A DNA stretch of 64,000 nucleotides from Lachnospiraceae bacterium (GCA_015057955.1 SVDE01000002.1:1607-65606), one strand, 5' to 3'; positions 8,794 through 19,294 are shown, counted from the stretch's first letter. Numbers and translations are program-made. The notes: generated from the sequence alone by a model not told the origin.

Positions 8794-9743
8794 GATATAT
8801 CAATACTCTCAAAGAAGGCGATACAGTTATCGGAACATATCTGTGCAAAGCTAAAAATCTTGCCCAGACCAAGACCGGTAAGAACTATGAGAATGTGACT
8901 CTCAGTGACAAGACCGGCTCTCTGGCCTGCAAGATCTGGGATCCCGATTCCATGGGCATAGGTGAGTTTGACGTCAATGACTATGTGGAAGTCAAGGGCA
9001 GGATCACTCTGTTCAATGGCGCTCTCCAGATGTCCATAGACAGGGCATGCAAAGCTGATGAAGGCACATATGACCCCGCCGATTATCTCCCTGTGTCAGA
9101 TAAGAGTATCGATGGCATGTACAGCGATCTGTTAAAGCTCATCGATTCAATTGATTCGCCTTACTTCAGGCTCCTGCTCGAGAACTTTTTTGTAAACGAC
9201 AAGGAGTTCATAAGCGTTTTTAAGACACACTCAGCCGCGAAGTCGATCCACCATGGATTTGTCGGCGGCCTTCTGGAGCACACGCTGTCTGTTGCGCTTC
9301 TATGTGACTACTACTGCACCAGATATCCGGCGCTCAACAGGGATCTTCTGATCACCGCAGCCATCTGCCATGACATCGGAAAAGTCAGGGAGATCAGCGA
9401 TTTCCCCCAGAATGACTATACAGATGAAGGCCAGCTCATAGGCCACATTGTCATAGGCGTTGAAATGATCGATGAAAAACTCGCTCAGATAAAAGGCTTC
9501 CCGGCAAAGAGAGCCGGAGAGCTTAAGCACTGCATAATCGCGCACCACGGGGAATTTGAATACGGCTCTCCAAAGAAGCCTGCGCTGATCGAAGCACTGG
9601 CTCTTTCATTTGCCGACAATACCGATGCCAAGATCCAGTCCATGACAGAGATATTCGAAGCTGCGAAAACAGCCTCGGAAGGCGTTGGCAAATGGACAGG
9701 CTATAACAGGCTGTTCGACTCCAATCTCCGTCCCACTGATTAA
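8790..9743 (+). CDS. yhaM: 3'-5' exoribonuclease YhaM (OB-fold plus HD domain)
   Basis: N-terminal OB fold, HD-domain motifs (HHGFVGGLLEHT, CHDIGK, IIAHHGEFEYGSPKKP), 317 aa. An AAGGAG RBS is present and the start overlaps the upstream gene by 4 nt. Confidence 0.8.
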   Translation: MRYINTLKEGDTVIGTYLCKAKNLAQTKTGKNYENVTLSDKTGSLACKIWDPDSMGIGEFDVNDYVEVKGRITLFNGALQMSIDRACKADEGTYDPADYLPVSDKSIDGMYSDLLKLIDSIDSPYFRLLLENFFVNDKEFISVFKTHSAAKSIHHGFVGGLLEHTLSVALLCDYYCTRYPALNRDLLITAAICHDIGKVREISDFPQNDYTDEGQLIGHIVIGVEMIDEKLAQIKGFPAKRAGELKHCIIAHHGEFEYGSPKKPALIEALALSFADNTDAKIQSMTEIFEAAKTASEGVGKWTGYNRLFDSNLRPTD

Positions 9744-9745
9744 CA

Positions 9746-12151
9746 ATGAACGAAAAAGTATTAAAAACCCTTGAATACGACAAGATCATCGGCCAGCTGT
9801 CCCGCCATGCTTCTTCTGACGCGGGAAAACGCCTCTGCGAAAAGCTGCTGCCCATGACAGATAAAGACGAAATACAAACGGCTCAGACTCAGACGTCTGA
9901 CGCCGTTTTAAGACTGCGCAGAAAACCGGGTCCGTCATATAACGGGCTTAAGAACATAATCCCTTCCCTTAAAAGGCTTGACATCGGCGGAGTCCTCTCA
10001 TGCCAGGATCTGCTGGAGATCTCTGCCGTGCTCGATATCGCAGCATCTGCAAAGAACTTCCTGCGCCCTGAAAATGAAGAAGAGCTGCCCGATTCCCTAA
10101 GCGTTTTTTATGCAGGTCTAGAACCCTGCCATCCCCTTAATGCTGAGATCAAGAGGTGCATACTCGGATACGATGAAGTGGCTGATGACGCAAGCCCGAC
10201 GCTTAAGGACATAAGACGCAAGATGATCAGCACTAACAGCCGCATACAGCAAACGCTGAACAGTCTGGTCACGAGCAATGCGATGAAAACATATCTTCAG
10301 GACGCTGTGGTCACTACCCGCGGCGGCAGGTACTGCATACCTGTTAAGCTTGAGCACAAGAATCATGTTCCCGGAATGGTGCATGATCAGTCCTCGTCAG
10401 GCTCTACCGTTTTCATTGAGCCAATGAGTGTTGTAAAACTTAATAATGAGCTCAAGGAACTGGAGCTTCAGGAAGAAGCGGAGATCCAGATCATCCTTTC
10501 AAAGCTTTCCTTTTCAGCCTCACTTGATTCGGAGCATCTGGAAAAAGACTACAAACTGCTCGTGGACCTGGATTTCATTCTTGCGAAGGCCAGATACAGC
10601 GAATCATTAAAGGCTAATGCCCCAAGTTTTAATGCTGACGGAGTGATAGATCTAAGGCAGGCCCGTCATCCGCTCATAGACGCGTCCAAAGTTGTTCCGA
10701 TAAGCCTGGAGCTTGGCCGCGATTTTACAATGCTTGTCGTCACCGGTCCCAATACAGGCGGTAAGACCGTTTCATTAAAGACAGTAGGCCTTCTTACCCT
10801 TATGGGCCAGGCAGGTCTTCACATACCTGCACTCGATGGCTCAAGCCTTGCCATATTCAATGAAGTATACGCGGACATCGGGGATGAACAGAGCATTGAG
10901 CAGAATCTCTCGACTTTTTCATCACACATGACAAATCTTGTAAGGATCCTGGACAAGGCTGACTCTGAGTCTCTTGTCCTGCTGGATGAGCTGTGCTCCG
11001 GAACCGATCCGACAGAAGGCGCGGCTCTTGCCCAGGAGATCCTTGTAAGGCTCCATAATTTCGGCACCAGATGCATGGCAACAACGCACTATGCGGAGCT
11101 TAAAGTATTTGCGATCCAGACACCCGGTGTACAGAACGCCTGCTGCGAATTTGACGTTGAAACGCTCCGCCCTACATACAAGCTGCTCATCGGCCTTCCC
11201 GGCAAGAGCAATGCTTTTGCGATATCAGGAAAGCTGGGACTTGATGAGCGGATAATCGAAGGAGCCAAGGCAAGGATCGATACAGGGAACACAGCATTTG
11301 AAGATCTTCTGGCTGACATTGAAACCGACAGGAAATCTGCCGAACTTGACAGAGCTGAAGCCGCGAAAATGAAGGCTGAGGCGGAAGAACTCCGGAAAAA
11401 ATTCGAGAAAGACCTTTCATCTTTAGACTCTGTAAGGGATTCCATACTGAGCGACGCAAGATCCGAGGCATATGACATACTTCAGCAGGCGAAAACGCAA
11501 GCTGACACGATCATAAAAGACATCCGCAGGAATTCAAAGAGCGCAGATCTTTCAGGACTTGAAAGAGTAAGGACCGAAGCCGGCAAAAAGGCAAAAGCCG
11601 CACTTGAAAACATGGGTTCCTTAAAGAAAGATAATTCCCGTTCATCCTCCCTCAAGCTAAGCGAAGATGACATTGAAGAAGGCATGCCTGTCCGCATACG
11701 TTCCATGAACATGATAGGAACTGTCGTATCTCTTCCGGATTCCAAAAAACAGGTCGGCGTACAGATGGGAAGCATGAACATGAAAGTAGCCGTCTCCGAT
11801 CTGATGCGGCTTACAGAAGACGAGCTTGCGCTTCAGGAGTCAGCCGGCAGTAAAGGCAGGCTTCAGAAGACCGGAATGGGCCACCTTAAATACTCCAAAT
11901 CACTCGGTGTCGGTACCGAGCTTAAGCTCATCGGCATGAATACCGATGACGCGATGCTTGAACTTGATAAATATCTGGATGACGCCTGCATGGCTCACAT
12001 TCCGAGCGCACGCATCGTGCATGGAAAAGGCGCAGGCATTTTAAGGCAGGCCGTTCAGAACAAGTTGAAAAAGGATAAACGCGTAAGATCATTCCGCCAG
12101 GCGGAATACGGCGAAGGGGATGCGGGCGTTACGATCGTGGAGTTCAGATGA
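9746..12151 (+). CDS. mutS2: Endonuclease MutS2 (MutS-II ATPase with C-terminal Smr domain)
   Basis: Walker A GPNTGGKT, DELCSGTDP, a long coiled-coil and a C-terminal Smr domain (LIGMNTDDAM...VHGKGAGILR). Length is 801 aa. Confidence 0.92.
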   Translation: MNEKVLKTLEYDKIIGQLSRHASSDAGKRLCEKLLPMTDKDEIQTAQTQTSDAVLRLRRKPGPSYNGLKNIIPSLKRLDIGGVLSCQDLLEISAVLDIAASAKNFLRPENEEELPDSLSVFYAGLEPCHPLNAEIKRCILGYDEVADDASPTLKDIRRKMISTNSRIQQTLNSLVTSNAMKTYLQDAVVTTRGGRYCIPVKLEHKNHVPGMVHDQSSSGSTVFIEPMSVVKLNNELKELELQEEAEIQIILSKLSFSASLDSEHLEKDYKLLVDLDFILAKARYSESLKANAPSFNADGVIDLRQARHPLIDASKVVPISLELGRDFTMLVVTGPNTGGKTVSLKTVGLLTLMGQAGLHIPALDGSSLAIFNEVYADIGDEQSIEQNLSTFSSHMTNLVRILDKADSESLVLLDELCSGTDPTEGAALAQEILVRLHNFGTRCMATTHYAELKVFAIQTPGVQNACCEFDVETLRPTYKLLIGLPGKSNAFAISGKLGLDERIIEGAKARIDTGNTAFEDLLADIETDRKSAELDRAEAAKMKAEAEELRKKFEKDLSSLDSVRDSILSDARSEAYDILQQAKTQADTIIKDIRRNSKSADLSGLERVRTEAGKKAKAALENMGSLKKDNSRSSSLKLSEDDIEEGMPVRIRSMNMIGTVVSLPDSKKQVGVQMGSMNMKVAVSDLMRLTEDELALQESAGSKGRLQKTGMGHLKYSKSLGVGTELKLIGMNTDDAMLELDKYLDDACMAHIPSARIVHGKGAGILRQAVQNKLKKDKRVRSFRQAEYGEGDAGVTIVEFR

Positions 12152-12673
12152 TCACCACTGATGCTCGTGCAGCTGGCCTTTGAGTTCCAGCTGAAGATAG
12201 TCATTCTGCCGCAGCGCTTCATAGAGAACTATCGCCGCGGAATTGGAAAGGTTAAGGCTCCTCTGACCCTGCGCCATGGGTATGCGCACACACCTTGGCT
12301 CATCCTCCATAAGTATCACTTCCGGGATACCGGCGCTTTCCTTTCCGAACATTATATAGTCGCCATCTTTATAGGACACATCTGAATGTGTCCTTTTTGC
12401 TTTTGTTGTTGCCATCCACAGACGGGCATTTCCCGTCCCGAAGGGAGCGGCAAGCTGACCGCCGTTTTTCTCAAGGAAATCCCGCCAGCTGTCATATGTG
12501 ACAACATCTATGTCTTTCCAGTAATCCATGCCGGCTCTTTTCAGATTCCGGTCATTCAGAATAAAGCCCATGGGGCCTATAAGATGCAGACGCGAACCTG
12601 TCACAAGACAGGTTCGCCCTATATTTCCTGTATTTGCCGGGATCTCCGGCTCATGTAGCACTATGTTGAACAT
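12152..12673 (-). CDS. trmL: tRNA (cytidine/uridine-2'-O)-methyltransferase, TrmL/SpoU family
   Basis: Small SpoU-TrmD fold protein (HEPEIPANTGNIGRTC, LNLSNSAAIVLYEA) of 173 aa. Confidence 0.8.
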   Translation of the reverse strand: MFNIVLHEPEIPANTGNIGRTCLVTGSRLHLIGPMGFILNDRNLKRAGMDYWKDIDVVTYDSWRDFLEKNGGQLAAPFGTGNARLWMATTKAKRTHSDVSYKDGDYIMFGKESAGIPEVILMEDEPRCVRIPMAQGQRSLNLSNSAAIVLYEALRQNDYLQLELKGQLHEHQW

Positions 12674-12675
12674 TT

Positions 12676-13839
12676 TTAATGACGGTGTCTGTCCACAAAG
12701 TTTCTGATCCTGCCGATGGCTTCCTTAAGCTCCTCAAGTGAGTACGCATAAGATATTCGGATGAATCCTTCGCCGCAGGCTCCGAAAGCAGTTCCCGGAA
12801 CGACCGCAAGCTTTTCTTCCGCAAGAAGTTTATTGGCAAATTCTTCCGATGTCATGCCGGTGCTCTGTATGCTCGGGAATACATAGAAAGCTCCGAGAGG
12901 CTCAAAGCACTCAAGCCCCATGTCGTTTAGCTGCTTTACAAGGTAGCGTCTTCTCTGGTTGTACGCTTCCCTCATCTTGGCGATGTCTCCGTCGCCGTTC
13001 CTAAGTGCCTCGACTCCCGCGTACTGGCTAGTGGTCGGAGCGCACATGATGGCATACTGGTGGAGTTTGAGCATCTGAGGGATTATGTTTTCAGGTCCTA
13101 CAGCAAATCCGAGTCTCCATCCTGTCATTGCGTATGCCTTGGAGAATCCGTTTATGATCACAGTCCTGTCCCTCATTCCGGGCAGGGCTGCTATCGTCGC
13201 ATGCTCTCCGCTGTATGTAAGCTCGGAGTAGATCTCGTCCGAAACAACATATATGTCATTTTCAACACATACCTTCGCAACTGCCTCAAGATCCTTCCTG
13301 TCCATAATGGCTCCCGTAGGATTGTTGGGGAACGCAAGCATGAGAACCTTTGTCTTCGGAGTGATCGCGTCGATGAGCTCCTGCGCGGTAAGACGGAATT
13401 CATTTTCCGCCTTGAGCGGGATGGTAACGGGAACTCCGCCCGCAAGAGCGACGCACGGTACGTACGATACATAGCACGGTTCAGGGATTATGACCTCATC
13501 TCCGGGATCGCACATCGCGCGCATGGCCATGTCGATGGCTTCACTTCCTCCTACCGTAATGAAGACTTCGTTCTTCGGGTCATAGACAAGGCCGTATTTT
13601 CTGCTGTAATAGCGCGATATCTCCTGTCTCAGTTCCATGAGACCGGAGTTTGAAGTATAGAAAGTACGTCCCTGTTCAAGAGAATATATACCGGCTTCTC
13701 TTATATGCCAGGGAGTATCAAAGTCAGGTTCTCCGACACCCAGGGAGATCGCATCAGGCATCTCTGCGACAACGTCAAAGAATTTCCTTATTCCCGAAGG
13801 CTGCATTGACTTTGCAACTTTTGAAACAGGATCTCTCAT
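12676..13839 (-). CDS. Class I/II PLP-dependent aminotransferase (aspartate aminotransferase-like)
   Basis: PSGIRKFFD, NPTGA and the PLP-lysine motif GFSKAYAMTGWRLG. Length is 387 aa. ATGA overlap with the upstream Lrp gene. Confidence 0.85.
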   Translation of the reverse strand: MRDPVSKVAKSMQPSGIRKFFDVVAEMPDAISLGVGEPDFDTPWHIREAGIYSLEQGRTFYTSNSGLMELRQEISRYYSRKYGLVYDPKNEVFITVGGSEAIDMAMRAMCDPGDEVIIPEPCYVSYVPCVALAGGVPVTIPLKAENEFRLTAQELIDAITPKTKVLMLAFPNNPTGAIMDRKDLEAVAKVCVENDIYVVSDEIYSELTYSGEHATIAALPGMRDRTVIINGFSKAYAMTGWRLGFAVGPENIIPQMLKLHQYAIMCAPTTSQYAGVEALRNGDGDIAKMREAYNQRRRYLVKQLNDMGLECFEPLGAFYVFPSIQSTGMTSEEFANKLLAEEKLAVVPGTAFGACGEGFIRISYAYSLEELKEAIGRIRNFVDRHRH

Positions 13840-14321
13840 CAGAATGACACCTTCTCTCTGATATCTTTCTTCTTTTCACCGAGGATCGTGCCGAAATCCT
13901 TGTAGCGCTTCATGATAAAGTGAGTAGCCGTTCCGGTTACATGCTCAATCGGTGAAAGCTTGCTTGCGACAAAGTTAGCGACCTGCCTCATTGTCTTTCC
14001 TTCAAGGATCAGCATGAAGTCATATGATCCCGAAAGCAGATAGCATGCCTTGACCTCGTCAAACTTGTATATCTTTTCAGCGATCGTATCGAAACCGACT
14101 TCCCTTCCGGTTGCCACATTTACCTCAATGATCGCGTCGATCTTTTCCTCGTCTGTATTGTCCCAGTTTATAAGTGTGTAAAAGCCGCTTATTACGCCGG
14201 AAGCTTCCAGATCGGCGATCTCATTGGCAACTTCCGCCTCGGTCGCGCCGAGCAGTGTCGCCAGTTCAGGCAATTCTATCCTGCTGTTATATTCGATCAG
14301 CCTAAGTAATTCCTCTCTCAT
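13839..14321 (-). CDS. Lrp/AsnC-family transcriptional regulator
   Basis: 160 aa with an N-terminal HTH and a C-terminal RAM/AsnC ligand domain. Translationally coupled to the aminotransferase. Confidence 0.8.
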   Translation of the reverse strand: MREELLRLIEYNSRIELPELATLLGATEAEVANEIADLEASGVISGFYTLINWDNTDEEKIDAIIEVNVATGREVGFDTIAEKIYKFDEVKACYLLSGSYDFMLILEGKTMRQVANFVASKLSPIEHVTGTATHFIMKRYKDFGTILGEKKKDIREKVSF

Positions 14322-14368
14322 CTTGAAAACCTCCTATATGTATTAATATTTGTACAATTAATTTGCAG

Positions 14369-14397
14369 ATTATAGCACATTACTTTGAATGCAACAA
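14369..14397 (-). promoter_or_regulatory. Putative sigma-A promoter of the lrp-aminotransferase operon (TTGTTG-17-TGcTATAAT)
   Basis: On the minus strand: -35 TTGTTG (14392-14397), 17-nt spacer, extended -10 TGCTATAAT (14369-14377). About 45 nt upstream of the ATG. Confidence 0.5.
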
Positions 14398-14401
14398 GCC
14401 C

Positions 14402-14923
14402 TTAACTGTTTTTCCTGTCCGCTATGTCTTTTTCCTGTCTTGAAGGCGGTGTAAGATACCTCAGCGAATCCTTATCCTCAAGCACTCTGGCATTGCTGCC
14501 TGTTGTTATTCCTATCATGAATGCAGGTACATGTCTGCCGCCGCATATTATCTCATCGATCATTTTGTCCGTTACGATCAGCAGGCTCCCCCTTGAGCTG
14601 CACTCATACGGCGTTTCCCCGTACAGTTCCAATATCTCGATCACTTCCTGGCGGATGGGTATGTCCCTGTTTGCCACTTTCATTCCGCAGCCGAGCGTCT
14701 CCCCGGCTTCCCACAGCGCCCTGTAGACTCCGCCTTCCGTTATCTGCCTGCAGTACAATATCCCATCCCCTGTTTCCGGGCAGCTGTCTATGGTTTCATC
14801 TTCTATCTCTTCAAACTGCCTTAAGAAAAAAGAAGGGAACCGCTCTTTCAGTTCTTCCCTGTGCATGTCAGATAACTTAGCGGCAGTTTCATATCCGATC
14901 GGACCGCACACAGAAATGATCAT
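14402..14923 (-). CDS. Stand-alone AIR-synthase-related C-terminal-domain (AIRS_C-like) protein
   Basis: ITEGGVYRALWEAGETLGCGMKVANRDIPIRQEVIEILELYGETPYECSSRGSLLIV resembles the PurM/HypE/ThiL C-terminal domain. I prefer the ATG at 14923 (GAGGTG RBS, ATGA overlap with the nth stop) over the tracked start at 14974. Confidence 0.5.
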   Translation of the reverse strand: MIISVCGPIGYETAAKLSDMHREELKERFPSFFLRQFEEIEDETIDSCPETGDGILYCRQITEGGVYRALWEAGETLGCGMKVANRDIPIRQEVIEILELYGETPYECSSRGSLLIVTDKMIDEIICGGRHVPAFMIGITTGSNARVLEDKDSLRYLTPPSRQEKDIADRKNS

Positions 14924-15555
14924 TTCTTCACCTCGCATCCCGGACAATAGGGAGCCAGAAAACATTCGGCGCATTTAGGTCTTCTTGCGATGCATATTGC
15001 CCTTCCGTGGCTGATGATCTGAAGGTTCCATAAGATCCAGTGGTCTTGGGGAAGTTTCTTTTCAAGGTCGTATTCGACTTTTTCCGGGTCCTCATTTTCG
15101 GTCAGGCCCAGTTTTCTGGATATCCTGCCCACATGGGTGTCGACTACGACGCTCGGTATATGGAAAATGTTTCCGCGGATCACATTTGCGGTCTTGCGCC
15201 CGACTCCGGGAAGACTTGTGAGCTGATCTATGTCCGAAGGGACAACGCCGTCATATTCCTCAAGCAGTTTCCGTGCTGTAAGGATGATGTTCTTCGCCTT
15301 GTTATGATAAAAGCCGGTCGATCTGATGTCCTCTTCAAGCTCTTTCAGATCGGCATCTGCAAAGCTCTTCATGTCAGGATATTTAACAAACAGATCTTTT
15401 GTCACGATGTTGACCCTGGCATCTGTACACTGGGCGCTGAGTATCGTTGCAACAAGCAGCTGCCATGCATCCTCATGGTCCAGATAGCACTCCTTTTCCC
15501 CGTAGTGCTCATTGAGCAGTTCTATGATCTTTCCGATCCTGTCTTTTTCTTTCAT
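14920..15555 (-). CDS. nth: Endonuclease III (DNA glycosylase/AP lyase)
   Basis: HhH-GPD motif LPGVGRKTANV and the C-terminal [4Fe-4S] cluster CX6CX2CX5C (CIARRPKCAECFLAPYC). Length is 211 aa. Confidence 0.92.
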   Translation of the reverse strand: MKEKDRIGKIIELLNEHYGEKECYLDHEDAWQLLVATILSAQCTDARVNIVTKDLFVKYPDMKSFADADLKELEEDIRSTGFYHNKAKNIILTARKLLEEYDGVVPSDIDQLTSLPGVGRKTANVIRGNIFHIPSVVVDTHVGRISRKLGLTENEDPEKVEYDLEKKLPQDHWILWNLQIISHGRAICIARRPKCAECFLAPYCPGCEVKK

Positions 15556-18500
15556 TTCTGCATTATCTCTTCCATCATGTCAAACAGATCCCTTAGTGCC
15601 TTCATCTCCTGTTCGAGCGTACGGCACGGAACCTTCGGCTTATAGATAAAATACGGATTCTTTTCCATGACAAACCGCAGGATGCCGGAATGTCTGCTTA
15701 AAAATCCATGCATCTTAAATGTGTCTATCTTAGCGTTAGGGAGCATCGATATCCTGTAGCTTCCGCTGCCTCCCGATATCTCGGTTATGTATTTCCTGTG
15801 CGCCTGTGCCTTTATGAGGGCGACGTCCAGAAGATTCTCTGTCGCGCGCGGTATCTCGCCGAACCTGTCATTCAGCTCTTCCCTGACGTCCTCAGCATCC
15901 TCCTCATTTGCTATCACCGAAATCTTTTTATACATGTTCAGCTTCTCAAATGAGTTCTTTATGTATTCAGACGGGATAAATGCGTCAATCTTCAGGTCGA
16001 TCGCCGTCTCAAAGTCCTCCTCGGTCTCCTCGCCCTTTAGAAGGGCTACCGCCTCATTCAGGAGCTTGCAGTACAGTTCATAGCCGACCGCTTCCATGTG
16101 GCCCGACTGCTCTGCACCGAGCACATTTCCCGCTCCCCTGATCTCCAGGTCCTTCATGGCTATCCTTACGCCGCCTCCGAGCTCGGAAAATTCCTTGATG
16201 GCTTTCAGCCTTTCTTCCGCCTCTTCCCTGAGGATCTTGCCGGGGCGGTACATGAGGAACGCATATGCTGTCCGGTTCGCGCGTCCCACACGGCCGCGCA
16301 GCTGATAGAGCTGGGAAAGCCCGTATCTGTCTGAATCCTGGATTATGATCGTGTTGACATTCGGTATGTCCAGTCCCGATTCTACTATGGTCGTTGAAAC
16401 AAGGACATCTATCTCTCCGGAAACATATTCCGTCATTATCTGTTCGAGTTCCCTGGATGCCATCCGTCCGTGGGCAAACCTGACGTGAAGAGTCGGTACG
16501 AGTTCCTGGATCCTGGACGCGATATCCTCTATGGCATCTATCCTGTTGTAGATGTAATAGACCTGACCGCCCCTTGACGCCTCCCTGAGTATCGCCTCAC
16601 GGACTGCGTCTTCGGAATACTCCATGACATAAGTCTGGATGGGTACACGGTCCACCGGAGGTTCTGTCAGCAGGCTCATGTCCCTAATGCCTGACAGGCT
16701 CATGTGCAGAGTCCTCGGAATTGGAGTGGCGCTTAAGGTAAGCACATCCACATCTTTCCTGAGTTCCTTTATCTTTTCCTTATGCCCGACTCCGAACCGC
16801 TGCTCTTCATCTATTATCAGAAGGCCGAGGTCCTTAAATCCCACATCCTTTGACAGGAGCCTATGTGTACCGACCACGATGTCGACCATGCCGGATTTAA
16901 GTCCTTCCAGAGTTTTTTTCTGCTCTTTGGGAGAGACAAACCTGGACATCATGCGGATGTTCACCGGAAATGCTGACATTCTGCCCGTTATGTTGTCAAA
17001 ATGCTGTTTGACCAGTATGGTAGTCGGCGCGAGGAACGCAACCTGTTTTCCATCCTGAACTGCCTTGAATGCCGCTCTGATCGCAACTTCCGTCTTGCCG
17101 AATCCCACATCGCCGCATATCAGACGGTCCATGACCTTGCCCTGCTCCATGTCGGACTTGACGTCTTCTATCGCTCTCAGCTGATCTTCAGTTTCCTCAT
17201 ATTCAAAGCTGTCTTCAAATTCGCGCTGCCATACCGTATCCGGACCGTAAACATATCCCTTTTTGACATGGCGCGCCGCATATATCCTGACAAGCTGTTC
17301 AGCAATATCCTGAACTGCCTTCTTGGTCCTTGCCTTTGTCCCGGCCCATTCCTTGCCGCCAAGCTTGTTAAGCTTAGGGGCAGCGCTGTCGGCGCCGGCA
17401 TACTTCTGGATCCTGTCAAACTGGGTCGCGAGAACATAAAGATTTGCGTTGCCGGCATACTGGATCTTCATGTAATCCTTCTCAAGGCCTTCCGACTTTA
17501 TCCTCTCTATTCCGCAGTATATGCCTATGCCATGCTGTTCATGCACGACATAATCACCTACATTCAGGTCGGTAAATGACTTTATCGGATCTCCCGTAAA
17601 TCTCTTTTTACGCTTTTTGACCCTCTTGCGCCCGAAAATGTCCACTTCGGATATAAGAACTTCCTTTATGTCCGGATATTCAAATCCGGTCCGGACTGCC
17701 CCTATTATCACATCCGCAAATGCTCCTGCGTCTCTGAGGTCGTCCCTCAGGCGCCCTGCCCTGGCCTCGCTCGCGCAGCATATGGTCACGTGCCAGCCCT
17801 TATCCCTGTATCTGATCACATCCTCGGCCAGCTGGGTGAACCTTCCGTTATATGAAGGAACATTTTTGGTATTGATCTGGTATACCCGGTCTGCGTCTTC
17901 TATGGTGCCAAGTCCCAGCAGGGAAAAATACAGGCAGGGAAATGTTCCGGTGTCGAACATTTCCGCGTTCTCATACATCCTGGCCGGCTCATCAAATGCC
18001 AGCAGCGTATGCTTCGGGTCAAAATAGCTTAAAAAGCTGACCTGTCCTCCGTCTATGGAGTCCTTGTCCGCACCGGCAAATATTGTAAATTCTTCGACCT
18101 CCTCAATGGAGCGCTGGCTTTCGGGATCAAATATCCTGATTGAATCAACAGTGTCACCCCAAAGATCTATCCTGTATGGAGCCTCCTCGGCATACGGAAA
18201 TACATCAACAATATTTCCCCTTATTGAAAATTCTCCGTGAGCGAGGACTCTTGAGCCGTTCTCATATCCTAGATCAGTCAGCTTCACGGCCAGATCTCTC
18301 TCATCCAGCGTTCCGCCCTTCCTGATTACCATTGTCCTTTCCCGTATTTCTTCGGGAGATGAGAGCCTGTCGGTAAAGCTCTCCGGGCAGGTAATGACTG
18401 TGAGCCTTTCTTTATTGAATATGCGTCTTACAGTCTCTGCGCGCTGCTCGGAAATATAGCTGCCCCTTATGTCCGCCTTGTAGAACATGGGATCTCTTGC

Positions 18501-18734
18501 AGGGTAATAGACCACAGCTTTATCAAAGGCAATGCAGTTCTCCAGGATCTCCATTGCCTTCTGTTCATCGGCAGCTATGACGACCTTTTGGTCGAAGTCC
18601 CTTCCCAGGCCGCAGAGGAAATGCTCCATCTGGGAGGGCACACAGCCATTGATCTGAACCTTTTTCCCGGCTTTCAGGTCGCCGGCTATCCTGCCGAAAT
18701 CTTCTATTTTCTGATATACGTCTTCAAGCATCAT
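15552..18734 (-). CDS. mfd: Transcription-repair coupling factor Mfd (compact, 1060 aa)
   Basis: RNAP-interacting domain ([15 protein letters not shown]), SF2 helicase motifs ([25 protein letters not shown]), TRG motif and C-terminal D7. Confidence 0.92.
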   Translation of the reverse strand: MMLEDVYQKIEDFGRIAGDLKAGKKVQINGCVPSQMEHFLCGLGRDFDQKVVIAADEQKAMEILENCIAFDKAVVYYPARDPMFYKADIRGSYISEQRAETVRRIFNKERLTVITCPESFTDRLSSPEEIRERTMVIRKGGTLDERDLAVKLTDLGYENGSRVLAHGEFSIRGNIVDVFPYAEEAPYRIDLWGDTVDSIRIFDPESQRSIEEVEEFTIFAGADKDSIDGGQVSFLSYFDPKHTLLAFDEPARMYENAEMFDTGTFPCLYFSLLGLGTIEDADRVYQINTKNVPSYNGRFTQLAEDVIRYRDKGWHVTICCASEARAGRLRDDLRDAGAFADVIIGAVRTGFEYPDIKEVLISEVDIFGRKRVKKRKKRFTGDPIKSFTDLNVGDYVVHEQHGIGIYCGIERIKSEGLEKDYMKIQYAGNANLYVLATQFDRIQKYAGADSAAPKLNKLGGKEWAGTKARTKKAVQDIAEQLVRIYAARHVKKGYVYGPDTVWQREFEDSFEYEETEDQLRAIEDVKSDMEQGKVMDRLICGDVGFGKTEVAIRAAFKAVQDGKQVAFLAPTTILVKQHFDNITGRMSAFPVNIRMMSRFVSPKEQKKTLEGLKSGMVDIVVGTHRLLSKDVGFKDLGLLIIDEEQRFGVGHKEKIKELRKDVDVLTLSATPIPRTLHMSLSGIRDMSLLTEPPVDRVPIQTYVMEYSEDAVREAILREASRGGQVYYIYNRIDAIEDIASRIQELVPTLHVRFAHGRMASRELEQIMTEYVSGEIDVLVSTTIVESGLDIPNVNTIIIQDSDRYGLSQLYQLRGRVGRANRTAYAFLMYRPGKILREEAEERLKAIKEFSELGGGVRIAMKDLEIRGAGNVLGAEQSGHMEAVGYELYCKLLNEAVALLKGEETEEDFETAIDLKIDAFIPSEYIKNSFEKLNMYKKISVIANEEDAEDVREELNDRFGEIPRATENLLDVALIKAQAHRKYITEISGGSGSYRISMLPNAKIDTFKMHGFLSRHSGILRFVMEKNPYFIYKPKVPCRTLEQEMKALRDLFDMMEEIMQK

Positions 18735-19294
18735 CCGTTGTATCTGTTCATCGCATGGGAAACTCCGTTCTTTACGATATCCTCCGCAGCATCCGCAGCC
18801 CTTTTGACTGCCTCGTCGATCAGCTTTCTGTCCTCTGCCGGAAATCTGCTCAGAACATAGTCTGCCATGTCCATGTACTCCGGCCTGCTGCCGATCCCGA
18901 TCCTTATCCTCTTAAACTCCTCATGGCCGAGATGCGATATTATGCTCTTCATGCCGTTGTGCCCTCCGGCAGAGCCCTTTTCCCTTATGCGTATCTTTCC
19001 CACATCGGTGTCTGTATCGTCGTAAATGACTACCAGATCCTTTTTTGTGTCGATCTTATAATACTTTGCTATCGGAGCCACAGCGTTTCCGCTGAGATTC
19101 ATGTATGTTAACGGCTTCACAAGGATAACCTGCTCGCTGCCGATCAGAGCTTTTGCCGTGAGCGCTCCAAACTTTGACTGCCTGAACTTAACTCCGAGCC
19201 TTTCAGCCAGAAGATCGAGACAGTCAAATCCCATGTTATGCCTTGTTTTTTCATATTCCTTTGTTGGGTTGCCGAGACCTGCTATCAAGTACAT
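18731..19294 (-). CDS. pth: Peptidyl-tRNA hydrolase
   Basis: MYLIAGLGNPTKEYEKTRHNMGF and GGHNGMKSI. Length is 187 aa. GGAGGA RBS, and ATGA overlap with mfd. Confidence 0.95.
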   Translation of the reverse strand: MYLIAGLGNPTKEYEKTRHNMGFDCLDLLAERLGVKFRQSKFGALTAKALIGSEQVILVKPLTYMNLSGNAVAPIAKYYKIDTKKDLVVIYDDTDTDVGKIRIREKGSAGGHNGMKSIISHLGHEEFKRIRIGIGSRPEYMDMADYVLSRFPAEDRKLIDEAVKRAADAAEDIVKNGVSHAMNRYNG

